A DNA stretch of 64,000 nt from an uncultured Alphaproteobacteria bacterium. Lineage in GTDB: Bacteria; Pseudomonadota; Alphaproteobacteria; Acetobacterales; Acetobacteraceae. Shown one piece after another: positions 1 through 10,712 of this stretch. Under the pieces are notes generated by a model. The model saw nothing but the letters and a program-made list of their open reading frames with translations, had not been told where the DNA came from and searched no databases. Numbering within the stretch: position 1 is the first letter of the stretch; each line of letters starts with the position of its first letter. Made by a program: the position numbers and the translations under genes. The stretch is from positions 903,711 through 967,710 of the forward strand of contig CAWKLS010000002.1 of assembly GCA_963850595.1 (NCBI GenBank), given 5' to 3'.

Positions 1-2155
1 TAACCGGCCAGTACAGCAGCGGATAAAACGACAGATCGTCCTGCCCCGGCACGATCGCGGACGGATCGGCCAAGCTCGCCGCGGTCCGCCGATTCACATA
101 CGCCGACAGACCCAGCAGCCCGGCACGCGACACGCCGTCCACCTGCGCATCGCCCGTTACGACGTAGGCCAGCCGGGTCGCGAGCGCCGGCACATCCTCG
201 GCCGACGCCGGCATCGCCATGAGCAGCAGCACGCTGACGGTCGCCGCCCGCAAACCAAGCAAACCGCGCAGCCAAAGCGACAGCAGCAGGTCGAGCGCCA
301 ACAGGCCGACAGCGACCGCCAACAGGCGCGGGCCCAGAGCGCGCTCACGCGCCATGCCGGTGAGCGGCGCCATTGATGCGCCCGGCACCGGGGCCGCAGC
401 GATCAGCTCAGGCAGGGCCGCACCGAGGCTGAGCGCACGCCGGCCGCTTTCTGGCCCGTAGGTGCCCGGCGGATGCCGGGGCGACACGTTGGGTGTCGCG
501 AGGTCAGCGGACGTCAGGCCCCTCGCTGCTGGGGGTGGGGGACCCAGGACGCCAAAGCCGTCCAGCGCCTCGGCCGGGGCGAGCACGGCGTCCTCCGGCG
601 CGCCGGCCACTCCGGCCGACAGGTCCACAAGACGATGCAGCATATCGACGAACAGGCCGGACAGCGGCAGGTTCGACCAGTCGGCATTCGCCGTCACGTG
701 GAACAGCACCACCCGCCCGGCGCCGCGCGACGCCGCCGTCACCAACGGCGTCCCGTCGGCCAGCAGCGCCCAGCTTCGCTCCGACAGTTGCGCCGAGGGC
801 TCGGCGAGCACCTGACGCGTCACGAGGACCTCCTCGGGGACATCCAAGCCGGTGAAGGGCGAGGCAGCCGGGAAGCGGGCGAGGGCCGCCGGCTTGTTCC
901 AGGACAGCGCGCCGCCCAACTGCCGGTCGCCTGCCAGCAGCCGCACCGGCAGCAGCGGATCATGCCAGGACGGGTCGCCGCTCGCCTCCGCCATGCGCGG
1001 CCCGGCGAAGCGGACCAGCAGCCCACCGGCCTCGACCCAACGCTCCAGCGCCGCCGCATCCTCGCCCTCGATCGGCAGGTCGGCGAGGACCAGCACCGAG
1101 AGCTCACGTGACAGCAACGTCGAAAGATTGCCCTCGCGCAGCTCTGACGTCAGGGCCAGCGCGCGACGCACGTAGAACAGCGGCCCGATCAGCGGCGTAT
1201 CGGCGCCCTCCTCAGCGGCCAGCAGTCCAACCGGGCGCCGCCGCCAACGCTCGTCGAGCAGCACGACCGATCCAGCGCCGGCCGGGCCTTCGAGCACGAG
1301 GCGGGCGAGCTGGTTGCGCAATTCGGGCGGCAGCGGGATCGGTATTTCCGCCGTAGCGGCCGCAGCCGGAATGATGGCTTCAACCCACGCCAAGGTGCGG
1401 CCGTCACCGGTTTGCGCCAGGACAGCCACAGGCCGCTCCGCCGGCTGCGGGAGCGCCGACACGCGGGCAATGAGGCGTCCAGCCTCGGCGCGCGGCGTGC
1501 GGGCGAGACGGACAGGCAAGGGGTCGGGCTGGATCTGGGTGACGGGACCGATCGCGGCCAAGGTCTCTCCAAATGCTGCATCCCCGGTGGCCGCAACCCC
1601 GTCAGCGACATAGACGATTGCTCCGGCCGAGGCACCCTTGAGCGCCGCCGTGGCGGCCACGCGATCTGGCGCCCACGCCTTGGGACGCAGCGCGGCCAAG
1701 CGCGTGCGGAGGTCGGGCACCGCCATGGCGGGCGAGAGCCGGGGCGTCTGGTCGGCCTCGGTGCGCGCGGTGGTCAGCAGCGCCGCCGTGCGGCCCGTGC
1801 GCTCCGCCCGGTCGAGCACGGAGCCGGCAGCCTGCATACGCGCCGTCCAGTCCGGCGCCGCTGCCCAGCCGTCATCGATCACCAGCAGCAGCGGCCCGCT
1901 GCCCGGCAAGCCCCCCGCCGCGTCCAGCACCGGCCCGGCCAGGCCGATGATCACCAGCCCCGCAGCCAGCAACCGGAGCGCCAGCAGCCACCACGGCGTG
2001 CGTGATGCGGTGTTCTCGTCGGCGCGCAGTCCGGCCAGCAGCCGTATGGCGGGGAAGCTTTGCAGGCGTGGCGAGGGCGGGGTGACGCGCAGCAGCCACC
2101 ATAATAGCGGCAAGGCTGCGAGGCCCAGCAGCAGCCAAGGAGCTACAAAGATCAA
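1..2155 (-). CDS. Membrane protein with an N-terminal double-transmembrane (BatA-N/TIGR02226-like) region and a C-terminal DUF4159-like region. The 3' end runs off the window.
   Basis: It is absent from the ORF track because no stop lies inside the window. My own minus-strand translation from TTG at 2153-2155 (overlapping the DUF58 stop as TTGA) stays open to position 1. It reads LIFVAPWLLLGLAALPLLWWLLRVTPPSPRLQSFPAIRLL ... LAYVVTGDAQVDGVSRAGLLGLSAYVNRRT...SFYPLLYWPV. The composition is natural, and it follows MoxR and DUF58 as in Bat-like operons. Confidence 0.75.
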   Translation of the reverse strand, partial: MIFVAPWLLLGLAALPLLWWLLRVTPPSPRLQSFPAIRLLAGLRADENTASRTPWWLLALRLLAAGLVIIGLAGPVLDAAGGLPGSGPLLLVIDDGWAAAPDWTARMQAAGSVLDRAERTGRTAALLTTARTEADQTPRLSPAMAVPDLRTRLAALRPKAWAPDRVAATAALKGASAGAIVYVADGVAATGDAAFGETLAAIGPVTQIQPDPLPVRLARTPRAEAGRLIARVSALPQPAERPVAVLAQTGDGRTLAWVEAIIPAAAATAEIPIPLPPELRNQLARLVLEGPAGAGSVVLLDERWRRRPVGLLAAEEGADTPLIGPLFYVRRALALTSELREGNLSTLLSRELSVLVLADLPIEGEDAAALERWVEAGGLLVRFAGPRMAEASGDPSWHDPLLPVRLLAGDRQLGGALSWNKPAALARFPAASPFTGLDVPEEVLVTRQVLAEPSAQLSERSWALLADGTPLVTAASRGAGRVVLFHVTANADWSNLPLSGLFVDMLHRLVDLSAGVAGAPEDAVLAPAEALDGFGVLGPPPPAARGLTSADLATPNVSPRHPPGTYGPESGRRALSLGAALPELIAAAPVPGASMAPLTGMARERALGPRLLAVAVGLLALDLLLSLWLRGLLGLRAATVSVLLLMAMPASAEDVPALATRLAYVVTGDAQVDGVSRAGLLGLSAYVNRRTAASLADPSAIVPGQDDLSFYPLLYWPV

Positions 2156-3027
2156 GCCGGGCTCATGGCGGTGAACAGACCCAGCAATGCGGCCTCCGGC
2201 GGGTGATCGGTGCGATGCACTCCAAAGCTCCAGCCAGCGGTTGAGCACAGGGCCGACAGGCCGCGCTGCTGCTCGGCCAGCGCCTCGGCGTAGCCGTTGC
2301 GTATGCCCTCGACGCGCGGGACGACGGCGTCGGTTTCCTGCTTCATGCCGCGGAAGCGGACACGGCCGGTATAGGGCAGCAGCGCCTCGGCCGGATCCAG
2401 CACCTGAAGCAGATGGCCGGCGACGGGCAGGGCGGCAAGGCCCGCGACCACCGCTCGGATATCTTCCAGAGGCGACAGGAAATCACCGATCAGCACGACT
2501 GACGAGTATCGCGGCAGCGGCGCCGCATCGGGCATGCCGCCGCCGATCGGCAGTTCGGCCAACGCGTCCGCCAGGCCATCGAGCGCCGCGCGGCCGCCGC
2601 GCAGCCTGGGCGGACCGCCCAGAAGCCGCACCCGCTCGCCGCCGCGCAGCAGCAGCGCGCCCAACGCCAATAAGAGGAGTTCAGCTCGCTCGCGCTTTTC
2701 GGGCACCGCGGCACCCGACCGCCATGCCATGCTGGGCGAGCCGTCGCGCCACAGGAACACGGACTGCGCCGCCTCCCACTCGGTCTCACGGACGAAGGCG
2801 CGGTCGGACTTGCCGCTGGCGCGCCAGTCAATGCGGCTTTGGCCGTCGCCGGGCAGATGCGGGCGGTATTGCCAAAAGCTGTCGCCCTGGCCGACGCGGC
2901 GGCGGCCGTGCACGCCCTGCGCCACGGTCGCCGCCACCCGCTGCGCCGCCACCAGCAACGGCGGCAGCCGTGACCCGAGCGCTTCCGCCCGGCGCGCGCC
3001 CTGGCCTGGCACTGAGCCCGGCTTCAT
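2152..3027 (-). CDS. DUF58 domain protein (MoxR-associated, vWA-like)
   Basis: The 291-aa ORF contains GDSFWQYRPHLPGDGQSRIDWRASGKSDRAFVRETEWEAAQSVFLWRD, typical of DUF58. It sits directly downstream of a MoxR ATPase. Confidence 0.85.
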   Translation of the reverse strand: MKPGSVPGQGARRAEALGSRLPPLLVAAQRVAATVAQGVHGRRRVGQGDSFWQYRPHLPGDGQSRIDWRASGKSDRAFVRETEWEAAQSVFLWRDGSPSMAWRSGAAVPEKRERAELLLLALGALLLRGGERVRLLGGPPRLRGGRAALDGLADALAELPIGGGMPDAAPLPRYSSVVLIGDFLSPLEDIRAVVAGLAALPVAGHLLQVLDPAEALLPYTGRVRFRGMKQETDAVVPRVEGIRNGYAEALAEQQRGLSALCSTAGWSFGVHRTDHPPEAALLGLFTAMSPA

Positions 3028-3031
3028 CGTG

Positions 3032-4039
<1,008 letters not shown>

Positions 4040-4180
4040 AAAGCGGGGCAGGGAAGGGATGCTACGTGGACCCCCATGATCTACCCACGCCAGGGGTTTC
4101 ATCAACGGGGGGAGGCTACCTATATCGCTAACGGTGACGGACGCACGGCGTTGCCCGGAGACGTAGACGTGAACGATGCC

Positions 4181-4795
4181 ATGCCCGAGCGGCAAACTGC
4201 CAGACATGAAAATCACTCACCGCAGGTCGCACCCTGTCCGGGCGCTGCGACGCCTATTCGATCTCGCCCGCCCCGGGTCGAGTGTGGCGATCTGCCGTTT
4301 CTGATCAAGCGCGACGGCACCTGGCTGTATCGCGGCAGTCCGATTGGCCGGAAAGAGCTGGTTTGCCTATTCAGCAGCGTGCTGAAGCGCAGCGGCAACG
4401 GCGATTACTGGCTGGAGACGCCCGTTGAACGCGGCCGCATCCAGGTTGAAGACGCGCCATGGCTGGCAGTCGAGATGGATTGGTCCGGCAATGGCCGGCA
4501 TCAGGTGCTGTCCTTCCGCACCAACGTCGATCAGGTCGTGGCGGCTGGAGCGGAGCATCCGATCCGGGTTAAACACGATTGCTTGACCTGCGAACCAACG
4601 CCATACATCACGATCCGCACGTCCGAAGGCGTGGCGCTTGAGGCACGGATTGGACGCGCCGTGTATTATGAGCTGGTGGCGCTTGCGGTGCCGGGTTTAT
4701 TGGCTGGCCGCCGTGTTTTGGGCGTTTGGAGCCAGGGGCAGTTCTTTTCCTTGGGCGATCTGCCGAACGCCGACCACGATTTTTGCGAGGCTTGA
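4181..4795 (+). CDS. DUF1285 family protein
   Basis: Contains FLIKRDGTWLYRGSPIGRKELVCLFSSVLKR...YWLETPVERGRIQVEDAPW. The start is taken at ATG 4181 (MPERQ). The conserved alphaproteobacterial neighbourhood with NUDIX and cca is recalled from memory. Confidence 0.75.
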   Translation: MPERQTARHENHSPQVAPCPGAATPIRSRPPRVECGDLPFLIKRDGTWLYRGSPIGRKELVCLFSSVLKRSGNGDYWLETPVERGRIQVEDAPWLAVEMDWSGNGRHQVLSFRTNVDQVVAAGAEHPIRVKHDCLTCEPTPYITIRTSEGVALEARIGRAVYYELVALAVPGLLAGRRVLGVWSQGQFFSLGDLPNADHDFCEA

Positions 4796-4799
4796 CCGG

Positions 4800-5432
4800 T
4801 TGGACCTGACGACGCTGCGTGAACGCCTGGCGTTTGTTCCGCCGGATGCCATTGCGGCCCTCGCGACCTCGGACGACGCCTTGGATCTCAATTGCGGCCC
4901 GTTGGTCTCGGCGGCAGTGCTGGTGCCCATCGTGCATGGCGAACGGCCTGGCGTATTGCTCACCAAGCGATCGGCGCAGTTGAAGTCCCATGCCGGCCAG
5001 GTGGCCTTTCCTGGCGGGCGCGTCGAGCAGACCGACGTTTCGATCGAAGCAGCGGCGTTGCGGGAGGCCGAGGAGGAAATCGGCCTGCATCCTGGACAGG
5101 TCGAGCTGGTTGGCCGGTTGCCGGATTATCTCACGGGCTCCGGGTTTCGGATTGCTCCGGTACTCGCATTGCTGCCGGATAATTTGGCGTTGAGACCCTC
5201 GGAGGCTGAGGTCGAGGCGATTTTCGCCCTGCCGCTGTCCGTTCTGCTTGACCCCGCTGCGCCGCAGCGCCGGCGCGCCCAGTTTCGTGGACGGATGCGG
5301 GAATTCTGGGTTTGGCCGCACCCCGATCACTACATTTGGGGCGCCACGGCTGCCATCCTGGTGCATCTGGCGCATCGGCTGCGGGCGCATGAGCTCCCCG
5401 ACGCCCGCGCGATTGCCATAGCAGCGCAATGA
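4800..5432 (+). CDS. NUDIX hydrolase, CoA pyrophosphatase-like
   Basis: The Nudix box is GGRVEQTDVSIEAAALREAEEEIGL, preceded by LLTKRSAQLKSHAGQVAFPGG. The start is uncertain; I propose TTG 4800 just after the DUF1285 stop, since the track start at 4638 lies inside the upstream gene. Confidence 0.8.
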   Translation: MDLTTLRERLAFVPPDAIAALATSDDALDLNCGPLVSAAVLVPIVHGERPGVLLTKRSAQLKSHAGQVAFPGGRVEQTDVSIEAAALREAEEEIGLHPGQVELVGRLPDYLTGSGFRIAPVLALLPDNLALRPSEAEVEAIFALPLSVLLDPAAPQRRRAQFRGRMREFWVWPHPDHYIWGATAAILVHLAHRLRAHELPDARAIAIAAQ

Positions 5433-5454
5433 TACGCGCGACCGAGGCGACGCA

Positions 5455-5700
5455 ATGATCCGCGCAGCCGAGCTGGCGCTGTTTTTCGCCCCGCTGGCGG
5501 CCTATGCTCTATGGCGCGTGACGGTGGCGCGAGGCCAGGTTGGGCCGTCGCCGCGCGTGCTCTCCGCAATCCTCTTAGCGCTGCTGGTGTTCGGCGGCGG
5601 ACTGGCCTGGTTTGGGGTGCATGAGCGGCTGCCGGCCGGGGCACGCTACATCCCGGCCGAACTGCATAATGGCCGCATCGTGCCGGGTCACGCCGGATGA
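5455..5700 (+). CDS. Small membrane protein (two predicted hydrophobic helices), function unknown
   Basis: The 81-aa ORF reads MIRAAELALFFAPLAAYALW...LSAILLALLVFGGGLAWFGV. Its stop overlaps the cca start in an ATGA arrangement, suggesting translational coupling. Confidence 0.55.
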   Translation: MIRAAELALFFAPLAAYALWRVTVARGQVGPSPRVLSAILLALLVFGGGLAWFGVHERLPAGARYIPAELHNGRIVPGHAG

Positions 5701-6885
5701 TCTCCCAGCCGGCGCTGCATATCGCACCGCCGGCCTTCCTTTCTGACCCGGCGCTGCAGGCAGTCCTCGCAGCCCTTCCCAGCGCCCGCCTGGTCGGCGG
5801 CTGCGTTCGCGACGCGATTGCCGGCCGTGCGGTGGCCGATGTCGATCTCGCGACGCCAATCCAGCCCGACGCCGTTACCCATGCGCTGCAGGCGGCGGGC
5901 CTCCGCGCGGTCCCCACCGGGCTCGATCACGGGTACTGTGACGGCGGTGAGCGGCGGCCGGGGGTTCGAGGTCACCACCCTACGCCGGGACCAGGTCACC
6001 GATGGCCGGCATGCGCAAGTTGCCTGGACCACGGATTGGCAGGAGGACGCGGCCCGGCGCGATTTCACGATGAATGCCATGTCCATGCTGCCGGACGGCG
6101 CCGTCTTCGACTATTTTGACGGAGTGGCCGACCTGCGCGCGGGCCGGGTGCGTTTCGTTGGTGAGCCTACGGCGAGGATCGCCGAGGACTACCTGCGCAT
6201 CCTGCGGTTTTTTCGCTTCCACGCGCGCTATGGCCATGGTGAGCCCGACCCCTCGGCGCTCGACGCGCTGCGGGGCGGCGTGCCCGGCCTGGACCGCCTG
6301 TCGCCGGAGCGGGTTTGGAGCGAGCTTAAACGCATCCTTGCAACGGCCGACCCGCGCGGCGCGGTGCGGTTGATGGCTGAATTGGGCGTGCTGCCGGCGG
6401 TGCTGCCCGGCCCATTGGACCTCACCCGCCTGGATCGCCTGATCAAGGCCGGAGGACCGGCCGATACCTTGCTCCGGCTGGCGGCTTTGGTGCCCGGCGC
6501 CAGCCTTGACCTCGCGGCGCGGCTCCGGATGTCTGTCGCCGAGCGCGACCGCCTGGTCGCCCTGGACGGCGCGCCGCCGGAGCCTGGAATGGATGACGAC
6601 GCGCTGCGCCGCTTGCTGGCGGAGGCGCCAGCGGTCGTCTTGGCGGGTCGCGCCTGGCTTGCGGGCGATGGCGGCCCCGAAGCGGCCGCGCTCCGCGCCC
6701 GATTGGCGACGCTGCCCCGCCCGGTGTTCCCGCTGGAGGGCCGTGACGCGCTCGCCCTCGGTGTGCCGCCGGGTCCCGCAATCGGCGAGCTGTTGCGAGA
6801 AGTCCGGGCCTGGTGGATGGACGGCGGCTGCCGCGCCAATGCCACCGCATGCCGGGCTGAACTGGCGAGGCGGGTGGCTGGCTGA
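5697..6885 (+). pseudogene. cca: CCA-adding tRNA nucleotidyltransferase / poly(A) polymerase family, reading frame broken by one extra nucleotide near 5934
   Basis: The N-terminal part (frame of 5697) reads LVGGCVRDAIAGRAVADVDLATP...PTGLDHG. The continuation TVTAVSGGRGFEVTTLRRD...RRDFTMNAM...EDYLRILRFFRFHARYG lies in the frame of ORF 5818..6885. The junction reads GGG T ACT GTG, and removing one base restores the conserved HGTVT motif. Confidence 0.85.
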
Positions 6886-6898
6886 TACACCCCGCCGC

Positions 6899-8659
6899 AT
6901 GGACGCCCTTTTGCCTGCCGCAATGGAGACTGAAAGCACCCGCGTGCTGCTGGCCCGGCTATGGCGCGAGCACATGCGCCATCATCGCGCGCGGCTGCTG
7001 CTGATCCTGGTGCTGACACTGGTGATGGCTGGGCTGACGGCGCTGTATCCGGTGGTGATCGACCGCGCGTTCTCGATGTTCACCGGGCGGGACCAGCGGA
7101 TTCTATACCAGATTCCCGTCCTGGTCGTGATCGTGACCATTGCGAAGGCGGCCGCGCAGTACGGCCAGAACGTGCTGGTGCAGCAGACGGTGCTGATGGT
7201 CATTCGAGAACTGCAGGTCCGCATGTTCACCCATCTTGCCCACGCGGATTTGGCGCAGATCGAGCGTGAGGCCCCCGCGCAGCTCGCCGCCCGTTTCACT
7301 ACCGACGCGGCGATCATTCGGGAGGCGCTGACCCGCGCGGTGAACGGCGTCAAGGATATCGTGACCGTCATCGGCCTGGTCGCCAGCATGCTTTGGCTGG
7401 ATTGGGTGCTGAGCGTAATCGCCGCCGCGCTCTATCCGCTGGCCGCCCTGCCGATCCAGCGCCTCGGCAAGCGCATTCGCCGCGCGTCCGGCGGCATGCA
7501 GGAGCGGATGGGCGAGACGGCGGCGCTACTGCATGAGAGCTTTGCCCAGGCCCGCACGGTGCGGGCCTACCGGCTGGAGGACGCCGAGGCGGCGCGGGCG
7601 TCGAGCGCCTTCAATGACCTGTATCGCGCCCTTTTGCGCATGACCCGCAGCCGCGCGCGGCTCGACCCGTTGCTGGAGGTGCTCGGCGGCACCGCGGTTG
7701 CCGCGGTGATCGGCTTCGCCGGCTGGCGGGCAGCGTTGGGTGACGGCGGCGTCGGCAACTTCACCGGCTTCGTGGCCGCCCTGCTGATCGCCTCCCAGCC
7801 GCTGCGAGCGCTTGGTTCGATGAATGCCGCATTGCAGGAGGGGCTGGCGGGCCTGTCGCGCGTGTTCCACGTGATCGACGAGCCCGCCGGCATCGTTGAG
7901 CGGGAGGGCGCGCCCGTGCTGCCGGCGGGCCGGGGCCGGGTGCGGTTCGACAACGTGAGCTTCGCCTATCCCGATGGCCGCGCGGGCCTGCGCGGCCTAT
8001 CGTTTGAGGCGGCGCCTGGCCTGACCATTGCCCTGGTCGGCCCCTCCGGCGCCGGCAAAAGTACGGCACTGGCGCTCATTCCACGGTTGCAGGACGTACT
8101 CGCGGGCAGCATCACCATCGACGGCGCGGACGTGCGGGAGGTGACGCTCGGCAGCCTGCGCGACGCGATCGCCTATGTCGGCCAGGACACGCTGCTGTTC
8201 GACGACACCGTCGCCGCCAACATCCGCATGGGCCGGCCATTGGCCACCGACTTGGAGGTCGAGGCGGCCGCCTATGCCGCCGCCGCCGGGTTCATCGTGG
8301 ACCTGCCGGCTGGATTTGCCACCCGCGTCGGCTTTGGCGGCGGCAGGCTGTCCGGCGGGCAGCGCCAGCGCGTCGCCTTGGCCCGTGCGCTGCTGCGCAA
8401 TCCGCGCATCCTGCTGCTGGACGAGGCGACCAGCGCGCTGGATGCCGAGAGCGAGGTCGCAGTTCAGGAGGCGCTCGCCCGCCTGCGTGCCGGACGCACC
8501 ACGATCGTCGTGGCGCATCGCCTGTCCACGGTGCGCGACGCCGACCTGGTAGTGGCCATCGCCGACGGCGCCGCGGTGGAGCAGGGCTCGCACGCCGAGC
8601 TGCTGGCGCTGGATGGCCTCTATGCCCGCTTGGTGAACGCCCAAGCTCTGACGGCTTAG
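6899..8659 (+). CDS. ABC transporter, fused permease/ATP-binding protein (MsbA-like exporter)
   Basis: An N-terminal region with six hydrophobic segments is followed by Walker A GPSGAGKST, signature LSGGQRQRVALARA and Walker B ILLLDEATSALD. The start is taken at ATG 6899, after the cca stop. Confidence 0.9.
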   Translation: MDALLPAAMETESTRVLLARLWREHMRHHRARLLLILVLTLVMAGLTALYPVVIDRAFSMFTGRDQRILYQIPVLVVIVTIAKAAAQYGQNVLVQQTVLMVIRELQVRMFTHLAHADLAQIEREAPAQLAARFTTDAAIIREALTRAVNGVKDIVTVIGLVASMLWLDWVLSVIAAALYPLAALPIQRLGKRIRRASGGMQERMGETAALLHESFAQARTVRAYRLEDAEAARASSAFNDLYRALLRMTRSRARLDPLLEVLGGTAVAAVIGFAGWRAALGDGGVGNFTGFVAALLIASQPLRALGSMNAALQEGLAGLSRVFHVIDEPAGIVEREGAPVLPAGRGRVRFDNVSFAYPDGRAGLRGLSFEAAPGLTIALVGPSGAGKSTALALIPRLQDVLAGSITIDGADVREVTLGSLRDAIAYVGQDTLLFDDTVAANIRMGRPLATDLEVEAAAYAAAAGFIVDLPAGFATRVGFGGGRLSGGQRQRVALARALLRNPRILLLDEATSALDAESEVAVQEALARLRAGRTTIVVAHRLSTVRDADLVVAIADGAAVEQGSHAELLALDGLYARLVNAQALTA

Positions 8660-8671
8660 TCCTTTGGCGAC

Positions 8672-9577
8672 TTAATAAGTGATCGCATCCTTCATTCCGT
8701 CATAGACGCCCTGTGACAAGATCTTTTTGGTCACGAGGTCCTGCGGCGTGGCGTAGGGCCGGCCGGCGACGATCGCCTTGGAGCGCACGTCGCCGATGCC
8801 CTTCAGGGTCTTCTCCATCTCGCTGGCGGTCGAGGTGTTGATGTTGGCCAGCGCAATCTTGTCCTTGATGCCGTCGAACACGCCCTGGGTCAGGATCTTT
8901 TTGGTCGTGAGGTCGCTCAGGTCGGTATAGGGACGACCGGCGACGATGGCCTTGCTGCGGACCGGGCCGATGCCGGGCAGCGCATCGAGCTGCTCGGCGG
9001 ACGCGGTGTTGATGTCCACTCGCTTGCCCGATGTCATGGCAGGAGCCGCGGCTGCGGCGGCCGCGCCAGCGGCGGGTGCCGCACGCGGTGTGGCAGCCGT
9101 GGGCGGGACCGCGGCTGGCGAGGCATAAGGCGCGACACGGGGCGCGGCAGCCGTGGGCGGGACCGCAGCGGGCGTAGGCGCGGGTGTTGCGCGCGGTGTC
9201 GCAGCCGTGGGCGGGACCGCGGCGGGCGACGTATAAGGCGCGACACGGGGCGTGGCAGTCGTCGGCGGGACCGCAGCGGGCGCGGTGTCAGCGGCTGCAG
9301 GTGTCGCTGCGGCGGTAGATGGTTTCTTGGATGCAGCACGAGGCGTGGCAGCCGTGGGCGGGACCGCGGCGGGCGCGGTATCAGGCGCGGCGGTGGTCGC
9401 CGCATCCTTGGCTGGTTTCTTCGCAGCGCGGGGCGCGACCGGGGTGGACGGCGGAGCCGCCGGTGCACTGCGGGGGACGACTGGGGTGTCCGGTGCGGTG
9501 GGAGTGGCCGTCTGGGCGAATGCAGGACCGCCTAGCAAGCCAAGCATTACAGCGGTGAAGCGCAGCAGCTTAGACAT
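8672..9577 (-). CDS. Secreted protein with Pro/Ala/Thr-rich tandem repeats and two C-terminal ComEA-like helix-hairpin-helix motifs
   Basis: The signal peptide MSKLLRFTAVMLGLLGGPAFAQ is preceded by GGAGAG. AAVPPTAATPRA-type repeats follow. The C-terminus carries INTASAEQLDALPGIGPVRSKAIVAGRPY and a second MEKTLKGIGDVRSKAIVAGRPY. Confidence 0.8.
   Translation of the reverse strand: MSKLLRFTAVMLGLLGGPAFAQTATPTAPDTPVVPRSAPAAPPSTPVAPRAAKKPAKDAATTAAPDTAPAAVPPTAATPRAASKKPSTAAATPAAADTAPAAVPPTTATPRVAPYTSPAAVPPTAATPRATPAPTPAAVPPTAAAPRVAPYASPAAVPPTAATPRAAPAAGAAAAAAAPAMTSGKRVDINTASAEQLDALPGIGPVRSKAIVAGRPYTDLSDLTTKKILTQGVFDGIKDKIALANINTSTASEMEKTLKGIGDVRSKAIVAGRPYATPQDLVTKKILSQGVYDGMKDAITY
9090..9375 (-). 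repeat. Imperfect in-frame tandem repeats inside the HhH protein gene
   Basis: The plus-strand core gcagccgtgggcgggaccgc recurs about five times at irregular spacing of roughly 54-150 bp. It encodes AAVPPTAATPR(A/V) units. Confidence 0.8.
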
Positions 9578-9655
9578 TGTACTCTCCGGTAGAAATAAGT
9601 ACGATGTAGGCACGTCTTTTGCCGCGGCTGCAAGCCCAGGTTTACGACCCGCCAT

Positions 9656-10570
9656 TTATGACCAGCGCACCTCCGGCGGCAGGCTCATCAGGATCGCCTC
9701 GACGTTGCCGCCGGTCTTCAGGCCGAACAGCGTGCCCCGGTCGTGCAGCAGGTTGAACTCGACATAGCGGCCGCGGCGCAGCAGCTGATGGTCGCGCTCG
9801 GCCGGGGTCCAGGGCTCGTGCATCCGCCGGCGCACGATGGCGGCGTAGGAGGCGAGGAAGGCCCGGCCCACGTCCTGGGTAAACTCTAGATCCGCCGCAG
9901 CGCTGCCGCTGGACAGGTGATCGTAGAAGATGCCGCCGGCACCCCGCGGCTCGTTGCGATGCGGCAGGAAGAAGTACTCGTCGCACCACGCCTTAAACTT
10001 GGCGTAATAGGCCGGGTCGTGCGCGTCGCAAGCGGCCTGGAACCCGGCGTGGAACAAGCCAGCGTCGGCCACCGCCTCGGCCGCGTCGAGCCGCATGGGC
10101 GTCAGGTCGCCGCCGCCCCCAAACCAGCCGCGGGTGGTGACCAGCATGCGCGTGTTCATATGGGCCGCCGGCACGCGCGGGCTTTGCGGATGCGCCACGA
10201 CGCTGATGCCGGACGCCCAGAAGCGCGGGTCCTCCTCGGCCCCAGGAATTTGGCGGCGGAACTCGGGGCTGAACTCGCCCCAGACGGTCGAAACGTTGAC
10301 GCCGACCTTCTCGAACACCCGGCCGCGCATGACGCTGATGACGCCGCCACCGCCGGGAGTGCCGTCCGTTGTGGGCCGTGACCAAGGCTCCTGGGCGAAC
10401 CGGCCGGGTGCGCGATCGGCGAGCGGAGCGTCTTCGGTGTCCTCGATCGCTTGAAACTCGGCCAGCATCTGATCGCGCAGCGCCTCGAACCAGGCCTGCG
10501 CCGGTTGTTTCAAGGCCTCGTGCTCCGGGCGAGCGTGGGTTTCTATGTTTAACGGCTGCCCTTGCGGCAT
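9656..10570 (-). CDS. hemF: Oxygen-dependent coproporphyrinogen III oxidase
   Basis: Contains [26 protein letters not shown]...[30 protein letters not shown]...[10 protein letters not shown]. The start is taken at ATG 10570; the track start at 10585 is a TTG. Confidence 0.92.
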   Translation of the reverse strand: MPQGQPLNIETHARPEHEALKQPAQAWFEALRDQMLAEFQAIEDTEDAPLADRAPGRFAQEPWSRPTTDGTPGGGGVISVMRGRVFEKVGVNVSTVWGEFSPEFRRQIPGAEEDPRFWASGISVVAHPQSPRVPAAHMNTRMLVTTRGWFGGGGDLTPMRLDAAEAVADAGLFHAGFQAACDAHDPAYYAKFKAWCDEYFFLPHRNEPRGAGGIFYDHLSSGSAAADLEFTQDVGRAFLASYAAIVRRRMHEPWTPAERDHQLLRRGRYVEFNLLHDRGTLFGLKTGGNVEAILMSLPPEVRWS

Positions 10571-10712
10571 ATTCAGGTCTTCCAATCTGCTGAGAGCAGA
10601 GTAGGGGCTTTAGGCCGCATGTTGCAGGGGGCAGTCGGCCTCTCTATGACGGCGGTGTTGCTGATTGACCAAGAATTTGCGCTGGCACGGCGCATTGAGA
10701 CAGAGGGATCCT

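Noticed and set aside
4040-4216. The long N-terminal extension of the MoxR ORF, together with similar extended starts in the track for petA, petC, mtnP, motB, dcd, prpE, the GNAT gene, the RNase G-like gene, the NIPSNAP gene and the substrate-binding protein.
   Set aside because: The extensions have junk-like composition, overlap neighbouring genes and lack an RBS. Internal starts with Shine-Dalgarno-like sequences and family-typical N-termini were preferred.
9578-9655. A longer version of the HhH protein starting at ATG 9655, immediately after the hemF stop.
   Set aside because: The extension would place 26 non-hydrophobic residues in front of a classical signal peptide. The internal ATG 9577 has a good GGAGAG RBS. 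I keep it only as an alternative.
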